Assembly: GCA_039208735.1 (NCBI GenBank)
Contig: JBCCQY010000017.1
Location: forward strand, 1-64,000
DNA from: Myxococcota bacterium
GTDB lineage: Bacteria > Myxococcota_A > UBA796 > GCA-2862545
Length of the DNA stretch: 64,000 nt
Direction of reading: 5' to 3'
The notes under the pieces are model-generated. The model did no database searches. It was not told where the DNA came from and saw nothing but the letters and a program-made list of their open reading frames with translations. Shown piece by piece: positions 48,391-57,336 of the stretch. Made by a program: the position numbers and the translations under genes. The first letter of the stretch is position 1. The number at the start of each line of letters is the position of its first letter.

Positions 48391-48552
48391 AGATAACTCC
48401 GAGTCTGGGCATATCTGACCACTTAGTTAAATAAGCAATCAATAGCCGAATTGATATTTAGGAAGCTATCTTCTTTTCATAAGATGAGCCATGATACCCT
48501 TCATGAGTCGACACGCTCTGATTAGTTGGTTAAATCAATAATATTGACTTTG
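48391..48552. promoter_or_regulatory. AT-rich, palindrome-dense non-coding segment
   Basis: About 34% GC by hand count over 48411-48550, against a GC-rich background; several dyads; lies between divergent operons. Confidence 0.6.
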
Positions 48553-48801
48553 TGAGGCCCGGATTTGAGCCAACCCATGCCTACATGGTGACGGCGTCGG
48601 CACAGAGGGAAGCGAGCACTCGCGCAACCCGATATCCTCTGGCTCTTTGGAGGTGATTGTGTCCGACCATCGCGTTTCGGGCCGTCGGACGTGGACCCTT
48701 CGGTCGAAGACGGAGCCTGCGGCTCGCTCGGCGCAGGATGCCACGGCAAAGTGGACCCGCGAAGTCCGCGGATGGGCGCCTACGGTCTGGCGGAGGCGCG
48801 C

Positions 48802-49146
48802 ATGAGCCGGGCTTGGGCCATGGTCGCATTGTGCGTCGCGCCCTTGGCGTTGACCACCGGCTGCGGAACGAACTGCAACGAATCCTGCATCCGCGTCTAC
48901 GACGCCAACGAATGCGACGTGCAGTCTCCCGGTGTGCCGACAAGCGAGACGATCGACCGGTGCACCAACCAGTGCCGCAGTGCGCTGTCGCAGGTGGGCC
49001 CGGTAGGCGACTACAGCCCCTTTGCGGTGGGTGGGGCGAGCCAGCAACGCATCACCAACGAACGTCAGGCCGCCGCATGGATGGACTGCGTTTCAAGCAG
49101 GTCGTGTGAACAGCTCAACGCCGGACAGTGCAACCTCGAACTGTAG
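48802..49146 (+). CDS. Small Cys-rich lipoprotein, paralog of 42141..42497
   Basis: GGAGG RBS, TTG-C lipobox and the same Cys spacing. Confidence 0.8.
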   Translation: MSRAWAMVALCVAPLALTTGCGTNCNESCIRVYDANECDVQSPGVPTSETIDRCTNQCRSALSQVGPVGDYSPFAVGGASQQRITNERQAAAWMDCVSSRSCEQLNAGQCNLEL

Positions 49147-50146
49147 CGTTGGCGTCCTCGCCCCTCGCGTTCGCAACGCCCCGGGGCACCCCGCCGACTT
49201 TCCGATTGGTCGGGCCGCGCTGGCGCTCGAAGCCGACGGCGTCGCTGTGGTCATCGGCGACACGGTCAAGGATGGCACGCTGGTGGGGGTTCGCGCCCAC
49301 CCTGACGGGTGGCAGGCCGCCGCACTCGCCGTGAGCGGGATCTACGATCGGTTCCCCTCTCGCAGTCGCCATGCCGAACACACCACGTTGCGCAACGGAC
49401 TGAGGGGCCTTCGATGGGTCAACGATCCCCGACTCGTCGACCTATGCGCCGACAAAGTGGGTTCCCAGGCTTGGCTTGCCGAGCGCGTGCCCATGCCCGA
49501 AATCGAGACCGATCCCACCCGGTTCGCGGACTGCCTCAACGCGTGGGGAGCCGCATTTGCCAAACCACGCTTTGGCGCCTTTGGGGCCGGGATCGAGCGA
49601 GTCACACCGGGTATGCAGGTGGCTCCTCGGCGCATCAGCTCGGTCAAAGAGGTTCACGAGCCCACGATCCTCCAGCGAGCCGTGGCTGCGCCCTCCGGGT
49701 TCGCAGGGATTGCGCTGCGGATCTTGGTGCAGCGCACGGTGGAAGGCCCCTGGTGGGCCGGCCCGGCCGTGGTCCGTCATCACCGAGCAGACCCGGTGGT
49801 CAATGCGGCTCGAGGGGCCCATGTCACCGATGCCGCGGGCTGCGCGGAGGTGGATGAGCCCGCCGCCCAGGCGCTCGCAGTCTTGGTGGCGGAGCGACTT
49901 GCGGAAGCACCTGGGGGAGAGGGGTTGGTGGAGATCGGGGTCGACCTCGTAGTCGATGACAACCGTGTGCCTCACGTGATCGAAGTCAACTCTCGTCCGC
50001 GTGGTCGTCTCGAGGTGCTCGCGACGCAAGACCCCGCACGCTACCGGACCCTTCATCTCGAAGCCTGCGCACGGCCCCTGCGATGGCTCGCGGCGCGCGC
50101 GGACGACGGAACCTCCGCAGGACGAGTTGATGGACGAATCAAGTGA
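49106..50146 (+). CDS. YheC/YheD-like ATP-grasp ligase
   Basis: IYDRFP, DK, AKPRFGAFGAGI, RILVQR, VVN and EIGVDLVVD...IEVNSRP motifs. Start uncertain. Confidence 0.8.
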   Translation: MNSSTPDSATSNCSVGVLAPRVRNAPGHPADFPIGRAALALEADGVAVVIGDTVKDGTLVGVRAHPDGWQAAALAVSGIYDRFPSRSRHAEHTTLRNGLRGLRWVNDPRLVDLCADKVGSQAWLAERVPMPEIETDPTRFADCLNAWGAAFAKPRFGAFGAGIERVTPGMQVAPRRISSVKEVHEPTILQRAVAAPSGFAGIALRILVQRTVEGPWWAGPAVVRHHRADPVVNAARGAHVTDAAGCAEVDEPAAQALAVLVAERLAEAPGGEGLVEIGVDLVVDDNRVPHVIEVNSRPRGRLEVLATQDPARYRTLHLEACARPLRWLAARADDGTSAGRVDGRIK

Positions 50147-51896
50147 ATTGAAACAGACTGCGGCAACGTGGATCTCCGACACGCAATCCGAGGCCGGGCA
50201 ACAGATCCAAGCGCTGCGCATGACCTTGCAGAACGCGGTCGGAGAGCTGGCCCGCAACATTGCGGACCGTTCCTCCGGGCGACTACCGCCCCTGCACGAG
50301 ATCGAACAGGATGCCCAGCTCTTCCTCTCGACGGTGCGTCAGGGCATCTCCGAGATGGTCGACACCTTGGCCACCCACCTGATGGAGCGAACCTCCGTCC
50401 TCGAACAGGTCACGGATCCAGAAGGCGTGACCGCACGCGAGACGATGCAACACCTCGAGCGGCTTATCCGCGGCGAAGAGGTGCGCATCGGCCAGTACCT
50501 GTCGGGCTGGATCGATGGCGGGGCGGTCGCCTTGGTGCTGCAAGACCTCCGCAAAGGGCAACTTGGCGACCGAGTCGCCTACCATGCCGCGATTGACCGT
50601 GCGCTGGCCTTCTTTGTGCCTCAGGTCGAGGAAGGCATCTCGCAATGGCTGACGGGGCTCCGCAACGCGGTCCAACGCCTCACGGGCCGAGGAAGCCCGG
50701 TCGAGCCCGTGCACGCCCCCTCGACGTCTGTAGGGCGCAAAAAGCGCTTGCAACGACTGGTGGAGAAGGCCACGGCGTTGCGGGTTCGGGTGAAGAACCT
50801 CCCCAACGACCCAAGCGATCGCTACCTCGACCGCCTGGAAGCCCAACTCGCACAGTTCGCCGAAAAACGTGCCCAACAGATGCTGGCCAACCAGGCGCGA
50901 CAAGTCCGCCTCCAGGAACTGATGAGCTTCGCCGCCACGCTCGGCGTTCGTGCAAAGGGGATTCCCGACAATCCAAGCGATGCCTGGCTCAACCGGATGG
51001 AAGGCAAACTCGCGGCGTTGGCGGTCAACAAGGGGGTGCCCTTTCCCAAGGGCATCAAACCGCCCCAGCCCGCCGAAATCGGGGTCACCCACGAGCCCTC
51101 GCAGGAACGCACCCACCTGCCTCCGCTGCCTGGCGAGCCCGATCCCGTCTCCCCGTTCGCCAACGAACCCGACGACGATGACTGGGTTTCCGACATGGAG
51201 CAGAAGCTCGCGATGGCCCTCGCCGAACGCCGGGACACCAGCGAAGCCCGTCGAGAGCAGGACTCCCAGCGTCAGAATCGACTCGAAGCGGTCTTGTCCC
51301 GAGGAGAACAGCTCGACGTCGATCTGGGACCGGTTCCGGAAGCCCCGACCGAAGAGTGGCTCGAACGGGCCGAAAAGCAAATCGAGAGCGCATTTACACG
51401 AAGCGTCGAGCACACCGGCATCAACCTCGACATCAACACCCGCGAATTGCGCCTCAAAGCCGTCATCCACGCGGCCGAGGACGCGCTCATCGATCTTGGA
51501 GAAGTGCCATCAGACCCCGATGATCAATGGCTGGTGTGGGCCGAGGCGCGGGTCTTCGACATCCATCCCGTGCAGCTCGAAGCCGAATCCGCGGCGCGGC
51601 CCGAAGCCTACCTCGTGTTGCGCGAGAACACCCCCCAAGAACAGACCTGGCCCGTCAACGAGGAAGAACTCACGATTGGCCGTTCCCGCGGCAATGTGGT
51701 GCAGGTGACCAACGACAACACGGTGTCACGACACCACGCGGTCGTCGTGAAGCAAGGCAACGCCTACATCGTGACCGACGTGGGGTCGCGCCTCGGTACG
51801 TTCGTCGACGAGCAACGCATCGATCGCCAGCATGTGCTGCGGGGCGGCGAGACCATTCAACTGGGCGAAACGACGCTCGTGTTCCGCAGATCGTAG
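50130..51896 (+). CDS. FHA-domain protein with a helical N-terminus and ~5 copies of a ~37-aa repeat
   Basis: C-terminal FHA: TIGR, VSRHHA, DVGSRLGTFV, LRGGETIQLG. Confidence 0.88.
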   Translation: MDESSELKQTAATWISDTQSEAGQQIQALRMTLQNAVGELARNIADRSSGRLPPLHEIEQDAQLFLSTVRQGISEMVDTLATHLMERTSVLEQVTDPEGVTARETMQHLERLIRGEEVRIGQYLSGWIDGGAVALVLQDLRKGQLGDRVAYHAAIDRALAFFVPQVEEGISQWLTGLRNAVQRLTGRGSPVEPVHAPSTSVGRKKRLQRLVEKATALRVRVKNLPNDPSDRYLDRLEAQLAQFAEKRAQQMLANQARQVRLQELMSFAATLGVRAKGIPDNPSDAWLNRMEGKLAALAVNKGVPFPKGIKPPQPAEIGVTHEPSQERTHLPPLPGEPDPVSPFANEPDDDDWVSDMEQKLAMALAERRDTSEARREQDSQRQNRLEAVLSRGEQLDVDLGPVPEAPTEEWLERAEKQIESAFTRSVEHTGINLDINTRELRLKAVIHAAEDALIDLGEVPSDPDDQWLVWAEARVFDIHPVQLEAESAARPEAYLVLRENTPQEQTWPVNEEELTIGRSRGNVVQVTNDNTVSRHHAVVVKQGNAYIVTDVGSRLGTFVDEQRIDRQHVLRGGETIQLGETTLVFRRS

Positions 51897-51968
51897 CCGA
51901 GATGAAGGCTCGGGGCTGAAGTTCGATGACTCTTCGGGGACGCCCTTCGCGGTCCCCCGGGAAGAGGC

Positions 51969-52586
51969 ATGAACGAGGCAATGACCATCGAGGTTTCGCT
52001 TAGAACGGCAGGCCTCGCCACGGTCACGCTGGCCCCCTTGGCTACCCCAATCGGCTTGTGGTTGGCCCGACGCCGTCAGGGGATTGCGCTGGTGGTAGAG
52101 GCGGTGGTGATGGCGCCCTTGGTCGTGCCACCCGTCGTGGTTGGCCTTGGCCTGTCCTGGCTCATCGGGCCGCTGGGCCCTCCCGACGGTTCGGGTCGCC
52201 TGGTCGCGACGGTAATGGCCGGCGCCATCGTCGGGCTCCCGTTGTTCGTACGCGCGGTTCGTCTGCAGCGCGAGAGTGTGGACGACCGGCTCCTGCACGC
52301 CGCACGCAGCCTCGGCGCAAGCCCGCTGCGAACCTTTGCATGGATCACCCTGCCCCATGTGTGGCCGGGCATCGTACTCGGCGCAATCCTCGCATTTGCA
52401 AGAGCCCTCGGTGAGTACGGGGCCACGCTCCTCTTCGCCGGACCCGGCCCCACTCTACCCTTCGCCATCGCACAAGCCGAAGCGCCCCTCGAAGACCCGA
52501 CGATTCTGAAGTTGGGCCTGCTGTCATTTGGGGTGTCGATGTCGGCCGTGCTGGCCTTTCAACTTCTGACCCGGCGGGCGTTGTGA
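51969..52586 (+). CDS. modB: Molybdate-type ABC transporter permease
   Basis: PLVVPPVVVG, AARSLGA and FARALGEYGAT motifs. Confidence 0.82.
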   Translation: MNEAMTIEVSLRTAGLATVTLAPLATPIGLWLARRRQGIALVVEAVVMAPLVVPPVVVGLGLSWLIGPLGPPDGSGRLVATVMAGAIVGLPLFVRAVRLQRESVDDRLLHAARSLGASPLRTFAWITLPHVWPGIVLGAILAFARALGEYGATLLFAGPGPTLPFAIAQAEAPLEDPTILKLGLLSFGVSMSAVLAFQLLTRRAL

Positions 52587-53593
52587 GCGTCTCGCTATCG
52601 GTTCAGGGCACAGAGGGGGAGCTGACGCTCGACGTGCGGGTAGACCTTCCGCCTGGGGTGACCGGAGTGCTCGGCGCGAATGGCTCAGGTAAGACGACGT
52701 TGCTCCAGGCCATCGCCGGATTGGTCAAGACCGAAGGCGACATCGTTGTCGATGGCACCGTCTTTCAGGATGCCACCACGTTCCTGCCGCCAGAGCAGCG
52801 CCGGGTGGGATTGGTGTTCGATGACCTTCGGCTGTTTTCGCACCTCTCGGTCCGGCGAAACGTGCGATTTGGCGCAACGGGTCCGCTGCACGAAGTCATC
52901 GCACTGCTTCAACTGCACGACCTACTCGACCGGCGGGTGCCTTCCCTGACCCACGAAGAAAAGCAACGGGTGGCGGTCGCCCGAGCCCTGGCGATGCGCC
53001 CTCGCCTTCTCGCCTTGGATGAGGGGCTCACGCGGGGCGGCGAAGTCGTGCCCTGGCTCCGAGACGTGGTGCGCCAAGCCGCGGTCCCGACCTTGCTCGT
53101 CTCATCGACCCCCACGAACTTGTTGCCCTTTACCCACCACCTGCTCGTGCTGAAGAAGGGCCGTGTGGTGTCCCAGGGCGACGTCGCCACCCTGGTTTCG
53201 GACCCGCTGGCGCTGCCTGTCTTGCATCGCTTGGGGTTGGCGAATGTGTTTCGTGTCACCGGACTGCGGTCGGACCGTGACTGTCTATGGGCCCAGACCG
53301 CCGATCTCGAACTGTGCCTGCCCGAAGCACCGGGTCCTCATGTACGTCACGTGGCACTACGACCCAGCGATGTGCTGCTCGCCAACGGTCCCATCCCGGT
53401 GAGCACCGCGCGCAACGTGCTGGCCGGCACCGTCCGCGACATTACCGGTCTTCCCGACCGCACGATGGTCTTGCTCGACGTCGGCGTGCCGCTCATCGTG
53501 GAGGTCACCTCGTCGGCCGTGACCGACCTTGGCCTTCGGATCGGTCAATCCGTCACGGCCCTCATCCAACCCGGAGCGTTTCGCTGGCTGTAG
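52583..53593 (+). CDS. modC: Molybdate-type ABC ATPase with TOBE/Mop domain and a degenerate signature motif
   Basis: GANGSGKT, LPPEQRRVG, LFSHLSV, LALDE and STARNVL...LGLRIG motifs. Confidence 0.82.
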   Translation: MSVSLSVQGTEGELTLDVRVDLPPGVTGVLGANGSGKTTLLQAIAGLVKTEGDIVVDGTVFQDATTFLPPEQRRVGLVFDDLRLFSHLSVRRNVRFGATGPLHEVIALLQLHDLLDRRVPSLTHEEKQRVAVARALAMRPRLLALDEGLTRGGEVVPWLRDVVRQAAVPTLLVSSTPTNLLPFTHHLLVLKKGRVVSQGDVATLVSDPLALPVLHRLGLANVFRVTGLRSDRDCLWAQTADLELCLPEAPGPHVRHVALRPSDVLLANGPIPVSTARNVLAGTVRDITGLPDRTMVLLDVGVPLIVEVTSSAVTDLGLRIGQSVTALIQPGAFRWL

Positions 53594-53646
53594 GAGCCTC
53601 GATGCCGACGATCGCATAGGGGAAGCGTCGGCTCCTGGAGGACCCC

Positions 53647-54009
53647 ATGCGTTTGCTGTTGCGTTGGCTTGTCATTGCGATTTCCCTCGGCATCACGGCC
53701 TACCTGCTCCCCGGAATCGGCATCCGTGATTGGCAAGCCCTCATCGTTGGGTCAGCCGTTCTCGGGCTGGTGAATGCGATTGCGAAGCCCGTACTCACGG
53801 TGCTCACCTTCCCCATCACCGTGCTCACCCTGGGCCTCTTCCTGTTTGTCGTGAATGGGCTTTCGTTTGCTTTGGCCGCTTGGTTCGTGCCCGGATTCGA
53901 GGTGCTCAACCTCGGTTGGGCGATGCTCGGCGCCATCGTCGTAAGCATCATCTCGTGGTTCCTGTCGGGACTTGACGACGTCGGTAGCGACGACCGCGAC
54001 GACCGTTAG
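53647..54009 (+). CDS. YvlD/DUF360 4-TM membrane protein (Phage_holin_4_2 family)
   Basis: LGLVNAIAKPVL..LTFP...LTLGLFLFVVN motif. Confidence 0.88.
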   Translation: MRLLLRWLVIAISLGITAYLLPGIGIRDWQALIVGSAVLGLVNAIAKPVLTVLTFPITVLTLGLFLFVVNGLSFALAAWFVPGFEVLNLGWAMLGAIVVSIISWFLSGLDDVGSDDRDDR

Positions 54010-54530
54010 AACGTCCCGCCCTGAAGGCGAATCAGCAGGGCTAACCTTCGGTCTTCCCAATACTCGAGTTCGTGTAGGGACGGGTCTTTGCTCGTGGCCT
54101 GCTTCCAGTGCGCCTCGCTTCGAAACACGAGCGCCGTCCACAGCAAGTCGCGTTGCGTGGCTTGGAGAGGGACTTTGGCCGGCACTTCAAACATCGTGTG
54201 GCAACGGGCACAGGTCGCGGTGAGTTCAACGAGCTGGTCGGCTGCCTCATCGAGATTAGACGACACGGCGAGTTCCGCTCCGCCTTGTCGCACGCGTTCG
54301 AGCATGACAATCGCGGGTGGCGGCAGTCGCGGAATCTCACGTTTGACGGCCAGCGAGGCTCCGGCTCGGTGAACGCCATCCAAGTCCTGCGCAATGACCG
54401 CATCCCGCGCACGATGAACCGCCACCTGGTGGTTTCGCATTGCGTTGGTGCGAGCGCCATCGTCGGCGGGCACGACCAGCGGCTCGGCCTCCCCACCGAG
54501 GCTGCAGGCCAGCCATCCGAGCATCCACAT
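54006..54530 (-). CDS. Putative c-type cytochrome (cytochrome c'-like helical bundle), probable lipoprotein
   Basis: WLA-C lipobox-like start; a single CARCH heme motif after helical segments. Confidence 0.72.
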   Translation of the reverse strand: MWMLGWLACSLGGEAEPLVVPADDGARTNAMRNHQVAVHRARDAVIAQDLDGVHRAGASLAVKREIPRLPPPAIVMLERVRQGGAELAVSSNLDEAADQLVELTATCARCHTMFEVPAKVPLQATQRDLLWTALVFRSEAHWKQATSKDPSLHELEYWEDRRLALLIRLQGGTF

Positions 54531-54699
54531 GGCGTTCTTCCCTGTCCTCAGAGAAACGCCCCATTAACCCAGCCCGAGGACTCCGCGAAAGCCTATGCAG
54601 GCGCGGGTTCAACCCAGGACGAGAGCGCGGGGGTGGGTCAGCCGACGGCTCCCTTGAGCGGCATAGACTTTGCATACCTCCACACCGTTGAGGTCCACC

Positions 54700-55164
54700 G
54701 TGAAAATCTTCCAGGCCATCGACGTCCGCTCCCCAACCGCCGAGTCCGAAGTCCTCCAGGGGGCCAATTGGGCGAAGTCGTTTGGAGCCACACTCGATCT
54801 CGGTTTCGTCGACGACTACGAATACAGCGCTTTCCGCATCCGTGACGGTCGCATTCGCGACAAGGTTGTCGCCCAATGGCAGGAGGTGCAGGAGTCTCAT
54901 CGAAACGAACTCGAACGGCTCGTCGACACGTTGCCGCAGGAAGTTCGGGGGGAAGCCCGCTACCTACAAGGCAGCCCGGCTCCCACGCTTCTCGGGCTCG
55001 ACCCCGGCTACGACGTGCTGATCGTGGCAACTCAAGGTCGAAAGGGCCTCGCCCACGCGTTTCTCGGCTCGGTAGCCGAACGGGTGGTTCGGGAAAGCGC
55101 AGTTCCGGTGTTGGTTTTGCGAAGACCAGGTGTGGAGGCTGACGATGGCAATGCTGGTACGTGA
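54700..55164 (+). CDS. Universal stress protein
   Basis: KIFQAID and [12 protein letters not shown]...[18 protein letters not shown] motifs. Confidence 0.92.
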   Translation: MKIFQAIDVRSPTAESEVLQGANWAKSFGATLDLGFVDDYEYSAFRIRDGRIRDKVVAQWQEVQESHRNELERLVDTLPQEVRGEARYLQGSPAPTLLGLDPGYDVLIVATQGRKGLAHAFLGSVAERVVRESAVPVLVLRRPGVEADDGNAGT

Positions 55165-55894
55165 CGTGATGACCCGAGACCCCGTCATTGTGGGTCCTGA
55201 AACCACCACCGTGACGCTGCGCGAAGTGATGCGTCAGCGCCACATCCACCATCTTCCGGTGGCCGAGGATGGCCGGCTCATCGGCGTGGTAGACGCAACC
55301 CAGGTCTTTGGCTGGGCCCCTCGCACGGCGACCGCCGCCGATCTGGCGGGTCGGACAGTGGAGGCGCATCCCGAAGAGGGGCTGTTCGAGGTGCTCGGTC
55401 GATGTGCGTGGTCCCCCCGCGATGTGTGCGTGGTGACCCATCCCGATGAAAACGTCATCCTGGGCATCCTCACCGACCGAGACATCATCCGGCTTGCGGC
55501 CCAGACGATCGAACCCGACCGGCTGGTCGACGAAATTGCATCCACGTCGCTCGTTACCGCCGCTCCCCTCGCCACGGTCGGCGAGTGCCTGCACCGTCTG
55601 CGGGAGCAGATGTTTCGTCACCTCGTCGTGATCGACGATAGCGGCTGCCTCCAGGGCGTTGCTTCGCTGCGTGCGCTGCTGGTCACCGATGCCCGAGGCC
55701 CCGTCGCCTCAACCCTGCCTACACCGGCTCCGCAAGGTCCCTGGACCCTCACCATTCGCGATGCCGCGGCCCTCATGGAGCGCCTCGACATCGATGCCCT
55801 TCCGATCGTGAACGACGAGGGCGCCCCCGAAGGCCTCGTGACGGTGACGGACCTGTTGCGGGCGCTTCGCAGCACGGCCGAGGTGGTGGCTTAG
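55145..55894 (+). CDS. CBS-domain protein (two CBS pairs)
   Basis: VRDVMT, HHLPV, GILTDRD, RHLVV, DALPIV and GLVTVTDL motifs. Confidence 0.9.
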   Translation: MAMLVRDVMTRDPVIVGPETTTVTLREVMRQRHIHHLPVAEDGRLIGVVDATQVFGWAPRTATAADLAGRTVEAHPEEGLFEVLGRCAWSPRDVCVVTHPDENVILGILTDRDIIRLAAQTIEPDRLVDEIASTSLVTAAPLATVGECLHRLREQMFRHLVVIDDSGCLQGVASLRALLVTDARGPVASTLPTPAPQGPWTLTIRDAAALMERLDIDALPIVNDEGAPEGLVTVTDLLRALRSTAEVVA

Positions 55895-56649
55895 TTCCAG
55901 TTCACGAGCGGGTCGAAGGGATCCTCGTCGAAGCCGATGGACGCAAGCGAGGTCCCTCCGGACACCTCGGTGAGTTCAAGTCGGGTTGGCCCAATCTGGT
56001 GCGACGTCGAAATCCATGCGCCGGTCGGGAGCTGCACCCAACCGTCCCACGTGGCCTTGAGGCCTCCGATGGGAATGATCTGGACCCACATTCGCCAGGC
56101 GGAGGGGCGGTTCGTCTCGGGGTCGAGTTCCCACCAGTAGGCATCTCCGGGCGTAACGCCACCGGACCCGTACTCGATGAACAAGCCCTGCACGCGTTTG
56201 ATCTCGACGACGCTCCGGGTCACCCCCGAGTCGTTAAGGTTGTCAAAGGGCTGCAGCCAGAAGGTGTCGTTGATGAACGAGGACCAGGCCTTCTCGACGA
56301 GCTTCTCACGCATCTTGCCGTAGACTTCTTCGCCGCCTTTCCAGGCCCGTCCGACCCGCCGGTCCGTGCGCTGCAACACCACGTTCTTGCCCCATTCAAC
56401 CCGCGACAGCCCTCGTTCGCGGTCCCACACGTGTTGGTTGCGACCACCGAAGGTGAACCGAATGGCCTTGGTCTTCTGCCAATCATCAAGGTGGACCGCC
56501 TCTCGGATTCGGTCTGCCATTTCTTGTGCGGGCGGCCCTTCAAAACCGGTCGCCGGACGACTCTTGCTGAGTGCGACCGACACTGCTCCCAGCGCCAACA
56601 TCACAAGCACGAACCCCAGGGCTACGCGCCCTACTCGCTTCCACATCAT
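55891..56649 (-). CDS. Conserved hypothetical exported protein
   Basis: N-terminal TM/signal segment; FINDTFWL and GGVTPGDAYWW motifs. Confidence 0.8.
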   Translation of the reverse strand: MMWKRVGRVALGFVLVMLALGAVSVALSKSRPATGFEGPPAQEMADRIREAVHLDDWQKTKAIRFTFGGRNQHVWDRERGLSRVEWGKNVVLQRTDRRVGRAWKGGEEVYGKMREKLVEKAWSSFINDTFWLQPFDNLNDSGVTRSVVEIKRVQGLFIEYGSGGVTPGDAYWWELDPETNRPSAWRMWVQIIPIGGLKATWDGWVQLPTGAWISTSHQIGPTRLELTEVSGGTSLASIGFDEDPFDPLVNWN

Positions 56650-56715
56650 CTCGTTCTTCTCCCGTGGATCCGGCTGTCAGGTTGGTATGTTCGAAGTCAG
56701 GAGGATGACGAGCAT

Positions 56716-57336
56716 ATGTGGTGGTTCCTTGCGACGGCACTGGCGGGCTCGGCTGCCGATCAGTCCCTCGCCGTCGTTCTCGACGAAACGGCCTCAACCA
56801 GGTCCCGAATGCGGGCGGCCAAAGAACTTGGGCGGCTCGACCCGAGCAGTGACGAGGCGCAACGAGCGGTGACCGCGCTGGCCGGCACGCTACAGGCCGA
56901 GTTGCCTGCCAACTTGCCCGAGGCCATTCGAAAGACCCTGGTGCGCCTCGGAGCCACCCAGGTTTGGACTCGCGAACTTGGGTCGGCCGATGTGCCGACG
57001 CGCCGACGTGCCGCGGATCTGCTCGGGCAGGAGGGGAACCGTGAGGCAGGACCAGCATTGGTGGCCCAACTCGAAGACCCCGACGCCTCGGTGCGAGAGG
57101 CGGTCGCGGGGGCGCTCGGGGGGTACCCTGCCGCGGGTGCGGTAGCCCCGCTGATTTTACGGCTGCAAGACACGTCCATCGGCGTACGACTGGCAGCGTC
57201 ACAGTCTCTTGGCTTCCTCGGCGGCGAAGAAGCTGCCAAGGGCTTAGCGAAGGCACGGATTATCGAACAGGACCGAGTCGTCCAGCACTACCTGGACGTC
57301 GCCCTCCAGCACATCCGTGGCCAGAGCCGCCCATGA
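56716..57336 (+). CDS. Exported HEAT-repeat protein
   Basis: Signal MWWFLATALA; repeats of the type LEDPDASVREAVAGALG and LQDTSIGVRLAASQSLG. Confidence 0.85.
   Translation: MWWFLATALAGSAADQSLAVVLDETASTRSRMRAAKELGRLDPSSDEAQRAVTALAGTLQAELPANLPEAIRKTLVRLGATQVWTRELGSADVPTRRRAADLLGQEGNREAGPALVAQLEDPDASVREAVAGALGGYPAAGAVAPLILRLQDTSIGVRLAASQSLGFLGGEEAAKGLAKARIIEQDRVVQHYLDVALQHIRGQSRP

Noticed and set aside
48404..48432. dif/Xer site (TCTGGGCATAT-CTGACCA-CTTAGTTAAAT)
   Set aside because: Partial resemblance to the E. coli dif arms, but the spacer is 7 bp and the inner ATAA/TTAT core is missing. Insufficient without GC-skew data.
48240..48800. Replication origin
   Set aside because: AT-rich, but I found no TTATCCACA-type DnaA boxes and there is no dnaA/dnaN/gidA context.
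48802..50146. Graspetide (microviridin-type) RiPP cluster
   Set aside because: The small gene has a lipoprotein signal and Cys scaffold rather than a graspetide leader/core, and the ligase looks YheC/D-like.
53647..54009. Prophage lysis gene
   Set aside because: The YvlD/DUF360 family is a common chromosomal membrane protein, and there are no phage genes nearby.
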